Made by a program: the position numbers and the translations under genes. From the IMG/VR virus record IMGVR_UViG_3300045988_075804: a stretch of 54,913 bases of DNA. The stretch is one strand, 5' to 3'. This stretch comes from a virus. Shown here in pieces: positions 42,804 through 51,562 of this stretch (its first letter is position 1; every line of letters begins with the position of its first letter). The notes beneath the pieces were generated by a model. It saw nothing but the letters and a program-made list of their open reading frames with translations. It did no database searches and had not been told where the DNA came from.

Positions 42804-43745
42804 GTGTCACTGAGATACGGTTATTTTGATTCTGAAATAAACGGCTATGACGAGGAGGGTATGCCTATCTTTGATAGAGCTGAATCCTCCGATTTTTTGG
42901 CGATGTTTATTTCAAAAATTATTAGCGATGGTGTCCTGGCAGATCCGGCAGACTGTTTCCAGGTAGTAGCCGGGGATGGGATGAACCTGATAGTCCGCCC
43001 TGGATTTGGCATAATTCGAGGTAGATTTGCGGCAGACACACAAGAATACACAATTACGCTTTCAAAAGCTCCTACAAGCTATAAACGCATTGACAGGGTA
43101 GTTTTGAGAGCAAACTATCTACTCAGATTGTGTGAAATCATCGTAAAAGAGGGAACACCAGATGCGAACCCGGTACCGCCGGAGCTTTTACAGCCGGCAT
43201 CCGGGGATTATTACGAGTTATGCTTGGCAACGGTTCTGATAAATTCAAACCAGACTGTTATCACACAGGCAAATATCACAGATACCAGATATGACAGTAG
43301 CGTATGCGGAGTTGTTACCCAGGTTATCGACCACCTGGACACCTCCGTATTTTTTAAGCAGTTGTATCGGTTTTATGACGAATTTGTTGACCGGTCCAAT
43401 ACCTCTTACGAGGAATTTGTTAAGCAGATGGAAGCATACCTGGCAAAACTCGAAACTTCCGGGAATAATCAGCTCCTGGACATTGTGAATCAGCTTACGG
43501 CGTTTGAAAAAAGCTCTGAAGAACAGTTCCGGGAATGGTTCGACAACGTAAAAAACCAGCTTTCAGAGGATGTTGCCGGGCATCTGCAACTCCAGCTGGA
43601 CAATCACGAGGAAAGAATCCAGCGTTTGGAGCAGATTGTAGAAAGCGGTGAAATGGAAACTGCACTTGCAACGGCAGGAGGCGAGGAGCTTGCTACCGAT
43701 GCTGGTGAAGTTATAGCTGCCTTTTGGCGGTATCAAATCATTTAA
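42804..43745 (+). CDS. Tail fibre / baseplate-associated protein
   Basis: GTG after GGAGGTGTAAAGA. Position, and a C-terminal coiled coil. Confidence 0.45.
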   Translation: MSLRYGYFDSEINGYDEEGMPIFDRAESSDFLAMFISKIISDGVLADPADCFQVVAGDGMNLIVRPGFGIIRGRFAADTQEYTITLSKAPTSYKRIDRVVLRANYLLRLCEIIVKEGTPDANPVPPELLQPASGDYYELCLATVLINSNQTVITQANITDTRYDSSVCGVVTQVIDHLDTSVFFKQLYRFYDEFVDRSNTSYEEFVKQMEAYLAKLETSGNNQLLDIVNQLTAFEKSSEEQFREWFDNVKNQLSEDVAGHLQLQLDNHEERIQRLEQIVESGEMETALATAGGEELATDAGEVIAAFWRYQII

Positions 43746-43756
43746 GGAGGTACACA

Positions 43757-44686
43757 ATGAAAAAAATCGGTGAATTACCTGCAATCACAGACGTCCCGGC
43801 CGGGAGCTTGCTGATTGTAAACACGGAAAACGGCACAAAAAAAATCACTTATGAGGATTTGTGCCAGGCGGTTAAAGCAACACTCGGCATACCTACGGTG
43901 GTGCAGAGTATCGACATCACAGAACCTGGGAATATCCCTGATGGTCCGGTTATTAAAGCGGCCTTTGATTCTGTGAATGATCTTCTTCTCGGAGCGGCTA
44001 CGTACAGTGCTGGAAAAGAGATCGAAATGTCCTGGGCGGAACTCCGGGCAAAGATCAAGACAGAGGATTTTTCCGGATTGCATATCGGGGATTATAAAGA
44101 CATCGTTCTGTCAACCGGAGAGGAAGCAAGGGTTGATCTGTCCGGATTCAATACGTACATGAATGTAGGGGATACGGCTATTCTTACAGAACCGCATCTC
44201 TATTTTACGTTCAGGGATTGCCTAAAGACTACGTATCAGATGAACTCAAGCAATACGAATACCGGAGGTACAGCGGCAGCGGCTCTTACGGCTACAGTAA
44301 ACACGACCATTTATAACACACTCCCGGCAGATCTGAGAGCTGTTATGAAAGAGGTACGCCGACTGGAAAACAATAAAGGAACCTGGGCGTGGGCTTCGAG
44401 AAAACTGTGGCTGCTCCAGGAAACAGAGGTGTTCGGAAGAAATAACTGGTCCGATGGCTATGATGGCGGAGGCATCCAGCTTCCTATTTTTGCTCACTCA
44501 TACAGACACATTGTTAAGGGACTTGGCAAAGGAGCAGCGGAGCGTGGTTCTCGTACGAACTGGTGGTTGGCATCTCCGGACGCCAGCAACACCGCCTCCT
44601 TCTGCCTTGTCAACGACAACGGCGATGCCACCAGCGCCGGCGCATCCTACTCGTTTGGCGTAGCCCCTGGCTTCATAATCTCTTAA
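43757..44686 (+). CDS. DGR target protein 1 (tail-fibre-like N-terminus, C-type-lectin-type variable C-terminus with VR1)
   Basis: ATG 43757 lies after AAGGAGGTACACA. The C-terminal 44 codons align to the TR. The protein ends ...SFGVAPGFIIS. Confidence 0.85.
   Translation: MKKIGELPAITDVPAGSLLIVNTENGTKKITYEDLCQAVKATLGIPTVVQSIDITEPGNIPDGPVIKAAFDSVNDLLLGAATYSAGKEIEMSWAELRAKIKTEDFSGLHIGDYKDIVLSTGEEARVDLSGFNTYMNVGDTAILTEPHLYFTFRDCLKTTYQMNSSNTNTGGTAAAALTATVNTTIYNTLPADLRAVMKEVRRLENNKGTWAWASRKLWLLQETEVFGRNNWSDGYDGGGIQLPIFAHSYRHIVKGLGKGAAERGSRTNWWLASPDASNTASFCLVNDNGDATSAGASYSFGVAPGFIIS
44543..44674 (+). repeat. DGR variable repeat 1 (VR1)
   Basis: 132 nt, gap-free against TR 45389-45520. 16 mismatches, all at TR adenines. 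Confidence 0.9.
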
Positions 44687-44687
44687 T

Positions 44688-44722
44688 CTTCCAATCTCGC
44701 CCCCTTGTGGGGCGGTTGGAAG
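44688..44722 (+). other. GC-core hairpin downstream of VR1 (DGR target-recognition-type stem-loop)
   Basis: Core cgcccc (44698-44703) pairs with ggggcg (44709-44714) around loop cttgt. A cttccaa/ttggaag extension flanks it. Confidence 0.65.
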
Positions 44723-44742
44723 ATGGAGGAGGAATAAAGTAA

Positions 44743-45360
44743 ATGAGCGTATTGAAAAATAATAGAGGTACGTCAGAGCTGGAATTTTACCATACAGCGA
44801 TAAAGTTACGTAAAGAGATTACCCAGAACCTATTACGGGATTTTGGTGTAAAAAATAGGGATGCAGTCAGATCAAAGAATTTCCCGGATGATGAATTGCG
44901 AGTAAAGATAGTCCAGGAGTACCCGAAAATGGAATTGTTTTTCAACAAGTACACACGGATGCAGGAAGAAATCCGCACTCGTGACGTTGTATCGGAATAT
45001 CCATACTGGCTGGTTTTCCGGTTCCGGGATGAAATGATGGATTTGCTGAAACAGCTTATTGATAATATCACGGATGCAAACAGTATTTACCCGATAAATC
45101 TGCATGAGCTGGAAGTGAGGCGAGACTATCAGACAGCAGCAATCGGAGCATGTGAAAAGATGCTCCAGGAATTACAGTATATCATCGAGGTACTGCCGAC
45201 CGATGCAAATAAACTACTCCGGTATGTGGATATGATAGACAAAGAGGTTGCCCTTTTGAAAGGATGGAGAAAGGCGAATGGTAAAATTGCTAAACGCCTG
45301 GACAAACAACAGGAGGGAAACCAAAAACAAAAACCATCAAAGTGCAAAAACCAGCCGTAA
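44743..45360 (+). CDS. avd: Accessory variability determinant (Avd-like four-helix-bundle protein) with a basic tail
   Basis: Lies between VR1 and the TR. Helical, with ...DANSIYP....E.E.RRDYQ..A...C. Lys/Gln-rich C-terminus. Confidence 0.6.
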   Translation: MSVLKNNRGTSELEFYHTAIKLRKEITQNLLRDFGVKNRDAVRSKNFPDDELRVKIVQEYPKMELFFNKYTRMQEEIRTRDVVSEYPYWLVFRFRDEMMDLLKQLIDNITDANSIYPINLHELEVRRDYQTAAIGACEKMLQELQYIIEVLPTDANKLLRYVDMIDKEVALLKGWRKANGKIAKRLDKQQEGNQKQKPSKCKNQP

Positions 45361-45388
45361 CAGGCTGTTTTTGAGGTTATTTTCTGTA

Positions 45389-45520
45389 CGTGGTTCTCGT
45401 ACGAACTGGTGGTTGGCATCTCCGAACGCCAGCAACACCACCAACTTCTGCAATGTCAACAACAACGGCAATGCCAACAACAACAACGCATCCAACTCGT
45501 TTGGCGTAGCCCCTGGATTC
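45389..45520 (+). repeat. DGR template repeat (TR)
   Basis: AAC-rich (14 AAC codons in the VR frame). Donor of both VR1 and VR2. Non-coding position between avd and the RT. Confidence 0.9.
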
Positions 45521-45778
45521 TGTGACGGCTGACTATGATTAGGTTTGTGAACCGTTCCGCTGTATCTCGGAAGGAGAAAATAACCGTCCCGAAAGGGTGA
45601 ATTTGCTCAGCTGTTCTCTTATGCCCGGAGAATGGCTCTTGCTTGATATAAGCAGTCGGACGCTGCTTGCATGGCATGAGGTCTGTGCTTATCCTCATGT
45701 TTCATGGCTGGTCTTATTACGCAGATAGAGTAAGCACACAATCTGTACAAGGAGGTTAGGGCATATTTTTAAGACAAT
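45389..45778 (+). ncRNA. DGR RNA (TR plus the 258-nt spacer preceding the RT gene)
   Basis: By analogy with BPP-1 TR-Sp RNA. No credible ORF lies in 45521-45778. Confidence 0.5.
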
Positions 45779-46936
45779 ATGACAAGTGAAGAAAGAAAAG
45801 AAGCTCGATACCAGAGGAGAAAAGCATCGAGACAGAAGAGACGTGAGGAACGGTTAAAGGAATATGACGATTTTGACCGGGTTAAGGATGCGAACAACCT
45901 CATAACTGCCTTTAAGAAATCAAAATCCGGAGTTGACTGGAAAGCATCCGTACAGCGGTATGAAATGAATCTGCTCAGGAATATCAACAACACCGTAAAG
46001 GCGTTGGAATCCGGAGAGAATGTGTCGCAAGGGTTTATTGTTTTCTGGTTGTGCGAAAGAGGAAAACTACGTCTGATAAAGAGTGTTCATATCTGGGAAA
46101 GGGTAATACAGCGTTCCCTATGCACCAATGCATTGGTTCCGGTTCTGCAGACTGGTTTAATCTACGATAACGGAGCCAGCATGGAGGGAAAAGGTATTCA
46201 TTTTGCCCTGAACAGGCTGGATGCACACTTGCACAGGTTTTACCGCCGGAATGGTTTCTCAAATGATGGCTACATACTGGTTATTGATTTTTCTAAGTAT
46301 TTCGACAACATACTGCACGAGCCTGTTTATCAGGATTTGCAGAAAAATTTCACAGACGAGCGGATCATCAACCTTGCGGCACAGTTGATCCGCCCTTTTT
46401 GTGCTGATAGGAAAGATGGCAAAGAGATTTCGCTAGGAATTGGCAGTCAAATATCACAAATCCTGGCGGTGCGTTTCCCAAATGGCATAGATCATTTTAT
46501 AGAGCAGGAGCTTGACGTACATGAACACGGCAGGTATATGGATGATTCCTACCTGATACATGAAAGCAAGGAGTATTTACAATACTGCTTAGAAGCCCTG
46601 AAAGAGAAATTTGCTGAAAAAGGTATCATAGTCAATACAAAGAAAACGCAGATCATCAAATTGTCGTCCTGGTTTACTTTTCTAAAATTCAGGTACAAAC
46701 TGACCGAGACCGGCAGAGTGGTTGTTAAGCCATGCAAAGATTCCGTTACCAGAGAACGTAGAAAGCTGCATAAGCTAAAACCTAAATTTGATAATGGAGA
46801 GCTGAACTTCGGGGATTTGAGAACGCAGTATGCTTCCTGGAGAGGGTACATAGAGTACGCCGATTCCTACCGCACAATCTGTAACATGGACAATATTTTT
46901 AATCAGCTGTATGTACCGGCTGGAGAATGGAGGTAA
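45779..46936 (+). CDS. DGR reverse transcriptase
   Basis: ERVIQRSL, LGIGSQISQ (DGR-type I/LGxxxSQ) and YMDD motifs. 385 aa. Confidence 0.9.
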   Translation: MTSEERKEARYQRRKASRQKRREERLKEYDDFDRVKDANNLITAFKKSKSGVDWKASVQRYEMNLLRNINNTVKALESGENVSQGFIVFWLCERGKLRLIKSVHIWERVIQRSLCTNALVPVLQTGLIYDNGASMEGKGIHFALNRLDAHLHRFYRRNGFSNDGYILVIDFSKYFDNILHEPVYQDLQKNFTDERIINLAAQLIRPFCADRKDGKEISLGIGSQISQILAVRFPNGIDHFIEQELDVHEHGRYMDDSYLIHESKEYLQYCLEALKEKFAEKGIIVNTKKTQIIKLSSWFTFLKFRYKLTETGRVVVKPCKDSVTRERRKLHKLKPKFDNGELNFGDLRTQYASWRGYIEYADSYRTICNMDNIFNQLYVPAGEWR

Positions 46937-46939
46937 AAA

Positions 46940-47626
46940 ATGAATCGCTTAAAATTCAAAGGCAGCGACCAGTTTTATACTGGAGAGGTAACGCCCATCG
47001 GAAGAAATAAGGTCTCCATCGAATTTGTTGGAGGCATACCGAAAGGCATTGATACCTCTTTGATTGAGGCTTTTACTCCTGGAGGGGTGAAGTTCCTGGA
47101 ATTAACAGGGTTCACAACAGAGTACAGACGAGTGGATGCAAGTCTGGTTCTCTCAAATGATGGCTCTGTTTTTGTGGGTGAAATCATCCAGGAGATCGAC
47201 CAGGAAAAAGCTCTGGAGGATGCAAAAGCATCCAAGAAAAACGAAATGTGCAGTATTTGCAACGCTACAATTATTGCCGGATGTGATGTCACGGTTTCCG
47301 GTTCCCTGGAACATTTCCGACTGACAACTGACGATCAGCTGAATTTGTTCGGAAAGCAGATCCAGCTCATGACAGGTTCTGAGAGGTTCGAGTACCACGA
47401 GGACGGTAACCCTTGCAGATACTTCTCTGCTGAGGAAATGCAGAAAATCATCACAGCCACCATGGCATATAAAACGTACCACACAACGTATTGCAATGCT
47501 CTGAATATGTGGATCAAGAACGCAGAAACCCTGGAGGAAGTAAATTCTATCTACTACGGGGTTGAAATTCCGGAAGCCTACCAGAACGAAGTCCTTAAAG
47601 ACCTCATTGTGAAGATGGGCTCATGA
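46940..47626 (+). CDS. DUF4376-like (tail-fibre-associated) protein
   Basis: ATG after GGAGGTAAAAA. The C-terminal half ...FRLTTDDQLNLFG...Y.. is DUF4376-like. Confidence 0.4.
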   Translation: MNRLKFKGSDQFYTGEVTPIGRNKVSIEFVGGIPKGIDTSLIEAFTPGGVKFLELTGFTTEYRRVDASLVLSNDGSVFVGEIIQEIDQEKALEDAKASKKNEMCSICNATIIAGCDVTVSGSLEHFRLTTDDQLNLFGKQIQLMTGSERFEYHEDGNPCRYFSAEEMQKIITATMAYKTYHTTYCNALNMWIKNAETLEEVNSIYYGVEIPEAYQNEVLKDLIVKMGS

Positions 47627-48051
47627 GGAAGCTGGTTAAATTCTTGATCTTGCTGTCGTCCGGAGGATTGATATACGTTTTGATAGAGTTTCTTTACAGA
47701 GGGAGAAGCCACTGGAGCATGTTCCTGGTAGGTGGGATATGCTTCGTTCTGATTGGAGGTCTCAATAACTGGTTCCCCTGGAACTGGTCCATCCTCCGAC
47801 AGATGGGTATATCAGCCGCCATTGTGACGGCGGTAGAATTTGTTTCTGGCATACTGCTGAACATGGTCCTGAACTTGGACGTATGGGATTACAGCAATAT
47901 GCCTTTTAATATTTACGGTCAGATATGCCTGCCGTTTACGGTGATCTGGTTCTTTCTTTCGTTCCTGGCTATTGTGGCGGATGATTTTCTCCGCTGGCTA
48001 TGGTTCGGGGAGAGATTCCCTGAATACCACCTTTTCACAAAGGAGGAGTAG
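47623..48051 (+). CDS. Multi-pass membrane protein (DUF1113 / putative ABC-transporter type IV family)
   Basis: Four hydrophobic segments. ...VWDYSNMPFN..GQICL.F...W. Confidence 0.55.
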   Translation: MRKLVKFLILLSSGGLIYVLIEFLYRGRSHWSMFLVGGICFVLIGGLNNWFPWNWSILRQMGISAAIVTAVEFVSGILLNMVLNLDVWDYSNMPFNIYGQICLPFTVIWFFLSFLAIVADDFLRWLWFGERFPEYHLFTKEE

Positions 48052-48055
48052 GGCT

Positions 48056-48229
48056 TTGGAGGAAAAAGAACTTTTAGAGCTTCAATGTAGCATCATCGAA
48101 TGGCAGAAAAATATCATAGGGGAGCTTATGAGACTGTACAGCACAGAACCGGAGTTTCACATACCGGAGGAATTGCAGCAGCAAATCCACGAGGTAAAAG
48201 AAATGTACCGGAAGCTGAACACACTATAA
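48056..48229 (+). CDS. Hypothetical small protein (57 aa, TTG start)
   Basis: TTG lies 8 nt after AGGAGG. It fills the gap. Confidence 0.3.
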   Translation: MEEKELLELQCSIIEWQKNIIGELMRLYSTEPEFHIPEELQQQIHEVKEMYRKLNTL

Positions 48230-48248
48230 CCGGAGAAAGGAGGTCGTC

Positions 48249-48620
48249 ATGGATGAAGTAGTGGTTCTTTCAATACCGCAGATCATTATTGCTTTCGTGG
48301 CAGCCATGGGGATTCCGTCAGCATTGACGAGTTACATGCTCAGCCGCCATGAAAAACGCCTGGAGAAGCGTGACGAGCAGAGGGAAAAAGAGAGAGCAAA
48401 GAAAGAAAAGGACATGGACACGCACCAGAAGTTACTCCTGGAGACAATCAATGCATCTCTCGCCCTCGGAGAAGCCACGGCAAGGGCTGTTCAGCGCATT
48501 CCGGATGCGAAATGCAACGGTGATATGCACGCAGCCCTGGAGTATGCTCAGAAAGTAAAACACGAGCAGAAAGATTTCCTCCGGGAACAGGCACTCGAAA
48601 ATCTACATGAGGTGCCTTAA
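48249..48620 (+). CDS. Single-pass membrane protein (holin/antiholin candidate)
   Basis: ATG after AAGGAGGTCGTC. N-terminal transmembrane segment, then a charged coiled coil. Confidence 0.5.
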   Translation: MDEVVVLSIPQIIIAFVAAMGIPSALTSYMLSRHEKRLEKRDEQREKERAKKEKDMDTHQKLLLETINASLALGEATARAVQRIPDAKCNGDMHAALEYAQKVKHEQKDFLREQALENLHEVP

Positions 48621-48624
48621 ATTT

Positions 48625-48720
48625 GGCATTTTGCCTTGTGAGTGAATATTTCCTCACATAAACACACCAAAAGCCTCCACGAGCCTATAACGCTTTCAGA
48701 GGCACCAATATTTCAAACAG
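48625..48720 (+). repeat. Tripartite conserved non-coding element, copy B
   Basis: See 31364-31468. It ends in the shared AGGAGGTACA ribosome-binding site of the holin gene. Confidence 0.75.
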
Positions 48721-48733
48721 GAGGTACATAGAA

Positions 48734-49060
48734 ATGGCAACCAATGTAATTTTAATCTTTGTTATCGTAGTCGGTGTTATCCTTGTAGGAACCGGATTGT
48801 ATGTTTACTTACGCAACCGCTCCATGGAGGAGATCAGAGCGGATGTTTACCATCTGTTCCTTGTTGCAGAGCATACGTTCACAGAATCCGGATCTGGTAA
48901 ACAGAAAATGGAGTGGGTTATCAGTAAGGCGAGAGGCCTCTTGCCTGGCTGGCTCCAGACCTTTGTAACCGATGAAGTGATTCTCCGGATTATTCAGGGC
49001 TGGTTTACAGCAGTCAAGGATTTACTGGACGATGGTAAATATAATAATTCGGTAAAATAA
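48734..49060 (+). CDS. Holin, LL-H family
   Basis: N-terminal transmembrane segment plus ...GSGKQKMEWVISKARGLLP.W........I...IQ resembles phage_holin_6 (LL-H). Confidence 0.65.
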   Translation: MATNVILIFVIVVGVILVGTGLYVYLRNRSMEEIRADVYHLFLVAEHTFTESGSGKQKMEWVISKARGLLPGWLQTFVTDEVILRIIQGWFTAVKDLLDDGKYNNSVK

Positions 49061-49073
49061 AGCAGAATGAGAG

Positions 49074-49100
49074 AGCCTGGGCGAAAAGCCTGGGCTTTTT
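49074..49100 (+). terminator. Intrinsic terminator after the holin gene
   Basis: agcctgggc pairs with gcctgggct (9 bp including 2 G-U). Loop gaaaa, then TTTTT. Confidence 0.55.
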
Positions 49101-49122
49101 CATATCCGGAAAGGAGCAGAGA

Positions 49123-50619
49123 ATGACAGAAAAACAAATGTTTGATTTTCTGGTGACTGGCGGACTGTCAGAACATGGAGCGGCGGTTCTCCTGGGACAT
49201 TTCCAGGCTGAAAGCGGTCTGAACTCCAGAAACCTGCAGAACAGCTTCCAGAAAAAGCTCGGTCATACGGACGATTCGTACACAGAGGCTGTGGACAATG
49301 GAACGTATGGCAATTTTGACCGGGATGGAGCCGGCTATGGTCTGGCTCAGTGGACTTACTGGAGCAGAAAGGCGAATCTTCGTAATTTTGCAGAACAGGC
49401 AGGAAAGAGCATCGGGGATCCGGAAATGCAGCTTTCTTTCGCACTGCATGAGCTGAGCGGTTACAAGACTGTTATTCAGGCTTTGAAAACAGCAACGTCA
49501 ATCCGGGAAGCATCGGACATTGTTCTGGAGCAGTACGAGAAGCCGGCAGACCAGTCCAAGGCAGTAAAAGTAAAAAGAGCCGGGTATGGCCAGGAAATTT
49601 ACAATCGCTGTACCGGCAGAAATGAGGAGGAAAAAGAATTGAAAACGAGAAGTGAAGTAGTGAACCTGGCAAACAGCTGGTTGGGAAAGAATGAGGCAGA
49701 CGGCTCATATAAGAGTATCATCGACATTTACAACAGTTTTACCGGAAGTTTTCCGAGAGGAACCAAGATGCAGTATTCATGGCCTTGGTGTGCTTGTACA
49801 TGGTCTGCCCTGGCTATCAAGCTGGGATATACAGACATTATGCCTATCGAGATCAGCTGTTATTACCTGATCGAGAGAGCAAAAGCCATGGGTATTTGGA
49901 TTGAGCAGGATAACCGGGTACCTAAAATCGGTGAGGCTGTTCTGTATGACTGGAGCGATGGTACAGATTACGCCACCACGGACAACACAGGTACTCCGGA
50001 TCATGTCGGCGTAATCGTGGAGGTACACGAATCAGCCGGCTATTTTGTTGTTGTCGAGGGTAATTACTCCAACGCCGTGAAAAAGCGTACTCTTTCCATC
50101 AACGGCAGATATATCCGTGGCTTTATCAGTCCTAAGTATGATGCTGATGGAGGTACAGTACGGTTTCAGACACCAGGAAAGAGTGTTGAGACAGTAGCGA
50201 GAGAAGTTATTGCTGGTACCTGGGGAAATGATCCGGAACGCAGCAAGAAGCTGAAAGCAAACGGTTACGATCCTGTCGCAGTCCAGGCGAAAGTAAATGA
50301 GATTCTGAATGGCTCTGCTGTGAAGCCATCCGGAACTACTCCGGAGGAAAGTGCTACAAAATCCGTTACAGCTTCCGACTACGCCCAGAAAGGTCCGGAT
50401 TCTTCCGTGGCTGGTACCTACAAAACAACAGCTGATCTCTACATGAGACACGGAGCCGGAAAGAATAAGAAAGCCATGGTTGTGATTCCAAATGGAACAC
50501 CTGTCAGCTGTTACGGCTATTACAGCATTTCCAGAGGCGTGAAGTGGCTGTATATCCAGGTTGTTCTTGACGGGGTAAAGTACACCGGCTTCAGCTCCGG
50601 AGCATATTTGAAAAAATAA
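49123..50619 (+). CDS. Endolysin with lysozyme-like, CHAP and C-terminal SH3-like domains
   Basis: GHFQAESGLN...YGLAQWTYWSRK (phage tail lysozyme type). WPWCACTW...DHVGVIVE...GNYSN (CHAP Cys/His). C-terminal YKTTADLYMRHGAG... Confidence 0.85.
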   Translation: MTEKQMFDFLVTGGLSEHGAAVLLGHFQAESGLNSRNLQNSFQKKLGHTDDSYTEAVDNGTYGNFDRDGAGYGLAQWTYWSRKANLRNFAEQAGKSIGDPEMQLSFALHELSGYKTVIQALKTATSIREASDIVLEQYEKPADQSKAVKVKRAGYGQEIYNRCTGRNEEEKELKTRSEVVNLANSWLGKNEADGSYKSIIDIYNSFTGSFPRGTKMQYSWPWCACTWSALAIKLGYTDIMPIEISCYYLIERAKAMGIWIEQDNRVPKIGEAVLYDWSDGTDYATTDNTGTPDHVGVIVEVHESAGYFVVVEGNYSNAVKKRTLSINGRYIRGFISPKYDADGGTVRFQTPGKSVETVAREVIAGTWGNDPERSKKLKANGYDPVAVQAKVNEILNGSAVKPSGTTPEESATKSVTASDYAQKGPDSSVAGTYKTTADLYMRHGAGKNKKAMVVIPNGTPVSCYGYYSISRGVKWLYIQVVLDGVKYTGFSSGAYLKK

Positions 50620-50641
50620 TTGTTTCCAGGAGGTGTGAGCC

Positions 50642-50758
50642 ATGTGTTTTGCAAAACTACTTGCAGTTATCTCCATAGTGGCTGTTGCTGTGGTTCTGCT
50701 GGCTGTCACAGATTCTGCACTGGCAATTCGCATAGCAGGACACTATATGTCGGAATGA
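50642..50758 (+). CDS. Small hydrophobic peptide (38 aa)
   Basis: ATG after GGAGGTGTGAGCC. One transmembrane segment. Confidence 0.35.
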   Translation: MCFAKLLAVISIVAVAVVLLAVTDSALAIRIAGHYMSE

Positions 50759-51459
50759 TTGTTAGAGAGCAGTAAAATGTAACATGTAAATGAAAGTCAT
50801 GTAAACCACCTGTGGTTACTGGCAAAGCAAGGAAAAACATATCACGAATCACGAGCAGGAACCGGGCTGTAAGCTATATCATCTGTTATAACATTTGTTA
50901 TAGCATTACACCCGGAAGTCCTGTTTTTCTATACCATTTCTGTTGAACAAAGTTTCTGAAAAGAGCAATATCAAAAATGCACAAATCGGTAAGTTGCCGT
51001 TTGGGTAAAATTTCAAATCGGTGCGAAAACAATTTCTTTGATATAATTATCATCCGTGGCTTAAAAGGCAAATTCAGGCATTTTAGGCACTGTCTCGCAG
51101 GTTGTCATTTTCGTGGGTTCACGAAAAAGGTCGGCAACTGTCACAATGCACAATCCCAGGTTTTCAAAATGTAATATATGCACAATGCAAGAAAAAACGT
51201 CACTGTGTACGTCACTTGTGAAGTTTCAAGTAAAATTTCCCGTTGAAATTTATCAGCAAAACCATACGCAAAAATCACAAAAAAAGAATTACTTCCTATT
51301 TATATTAAATTGTAAAAAAACATATACAGTTTCATATACCGTATATGCTACATAAACCGTCACAATATAAAAAAGAAAATAGAATTTATAATATTTATAA
51401 AAATATACTTCCAAAATTCACAGAAACGTCACTGTTACATATACAAAAAAACTTTATCA

Positions 51460-51555
51460 AAAAAATGAAAAAATAGGCTTGACACAACGCACCATAGTAC
51501 GCTAAAGTCTAAGCATAGAAACACACCAAAGGAAAACAAACACACGAAACGGAGG
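51460..51555 (+). repeat. 96-nt promoter-plus-leader cassette, copy 2
   Basis: 92 of 96 positions are identical to 2488-2583. Confidence 0.9.
51479..51508 (+). promoter_or_regulatory. Early promoter TTGACA-18-TAAAGT with dyad CGCACCATAGTACG
   Basis: TTGACA 51479-51484, dyad 51488-51501, TAAAGT 51503-51508. Confidence 0.6.
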
Positions 51556-51562
51556 AATCGAG

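Noticed and set aside
43837-43844. A8 homopolymer early in DGR target 1 (and A7 at its start codon) as a possible slippery or phase-variable site
   Set aside because: Short A-runs are common at this base composition, and there is no alternative-frame ORF that a shift would access.
45278-45532. 84-aa + strand ORF running from the avd 3' end through the TR (…NNNGNANNNNASNSFGVAPGF)
   Set aside because: It is open only because the TR copies the VR reading frame. It has no RBS, overlaps avd, and the Asn run is the AAC-rich template rather than a protein.
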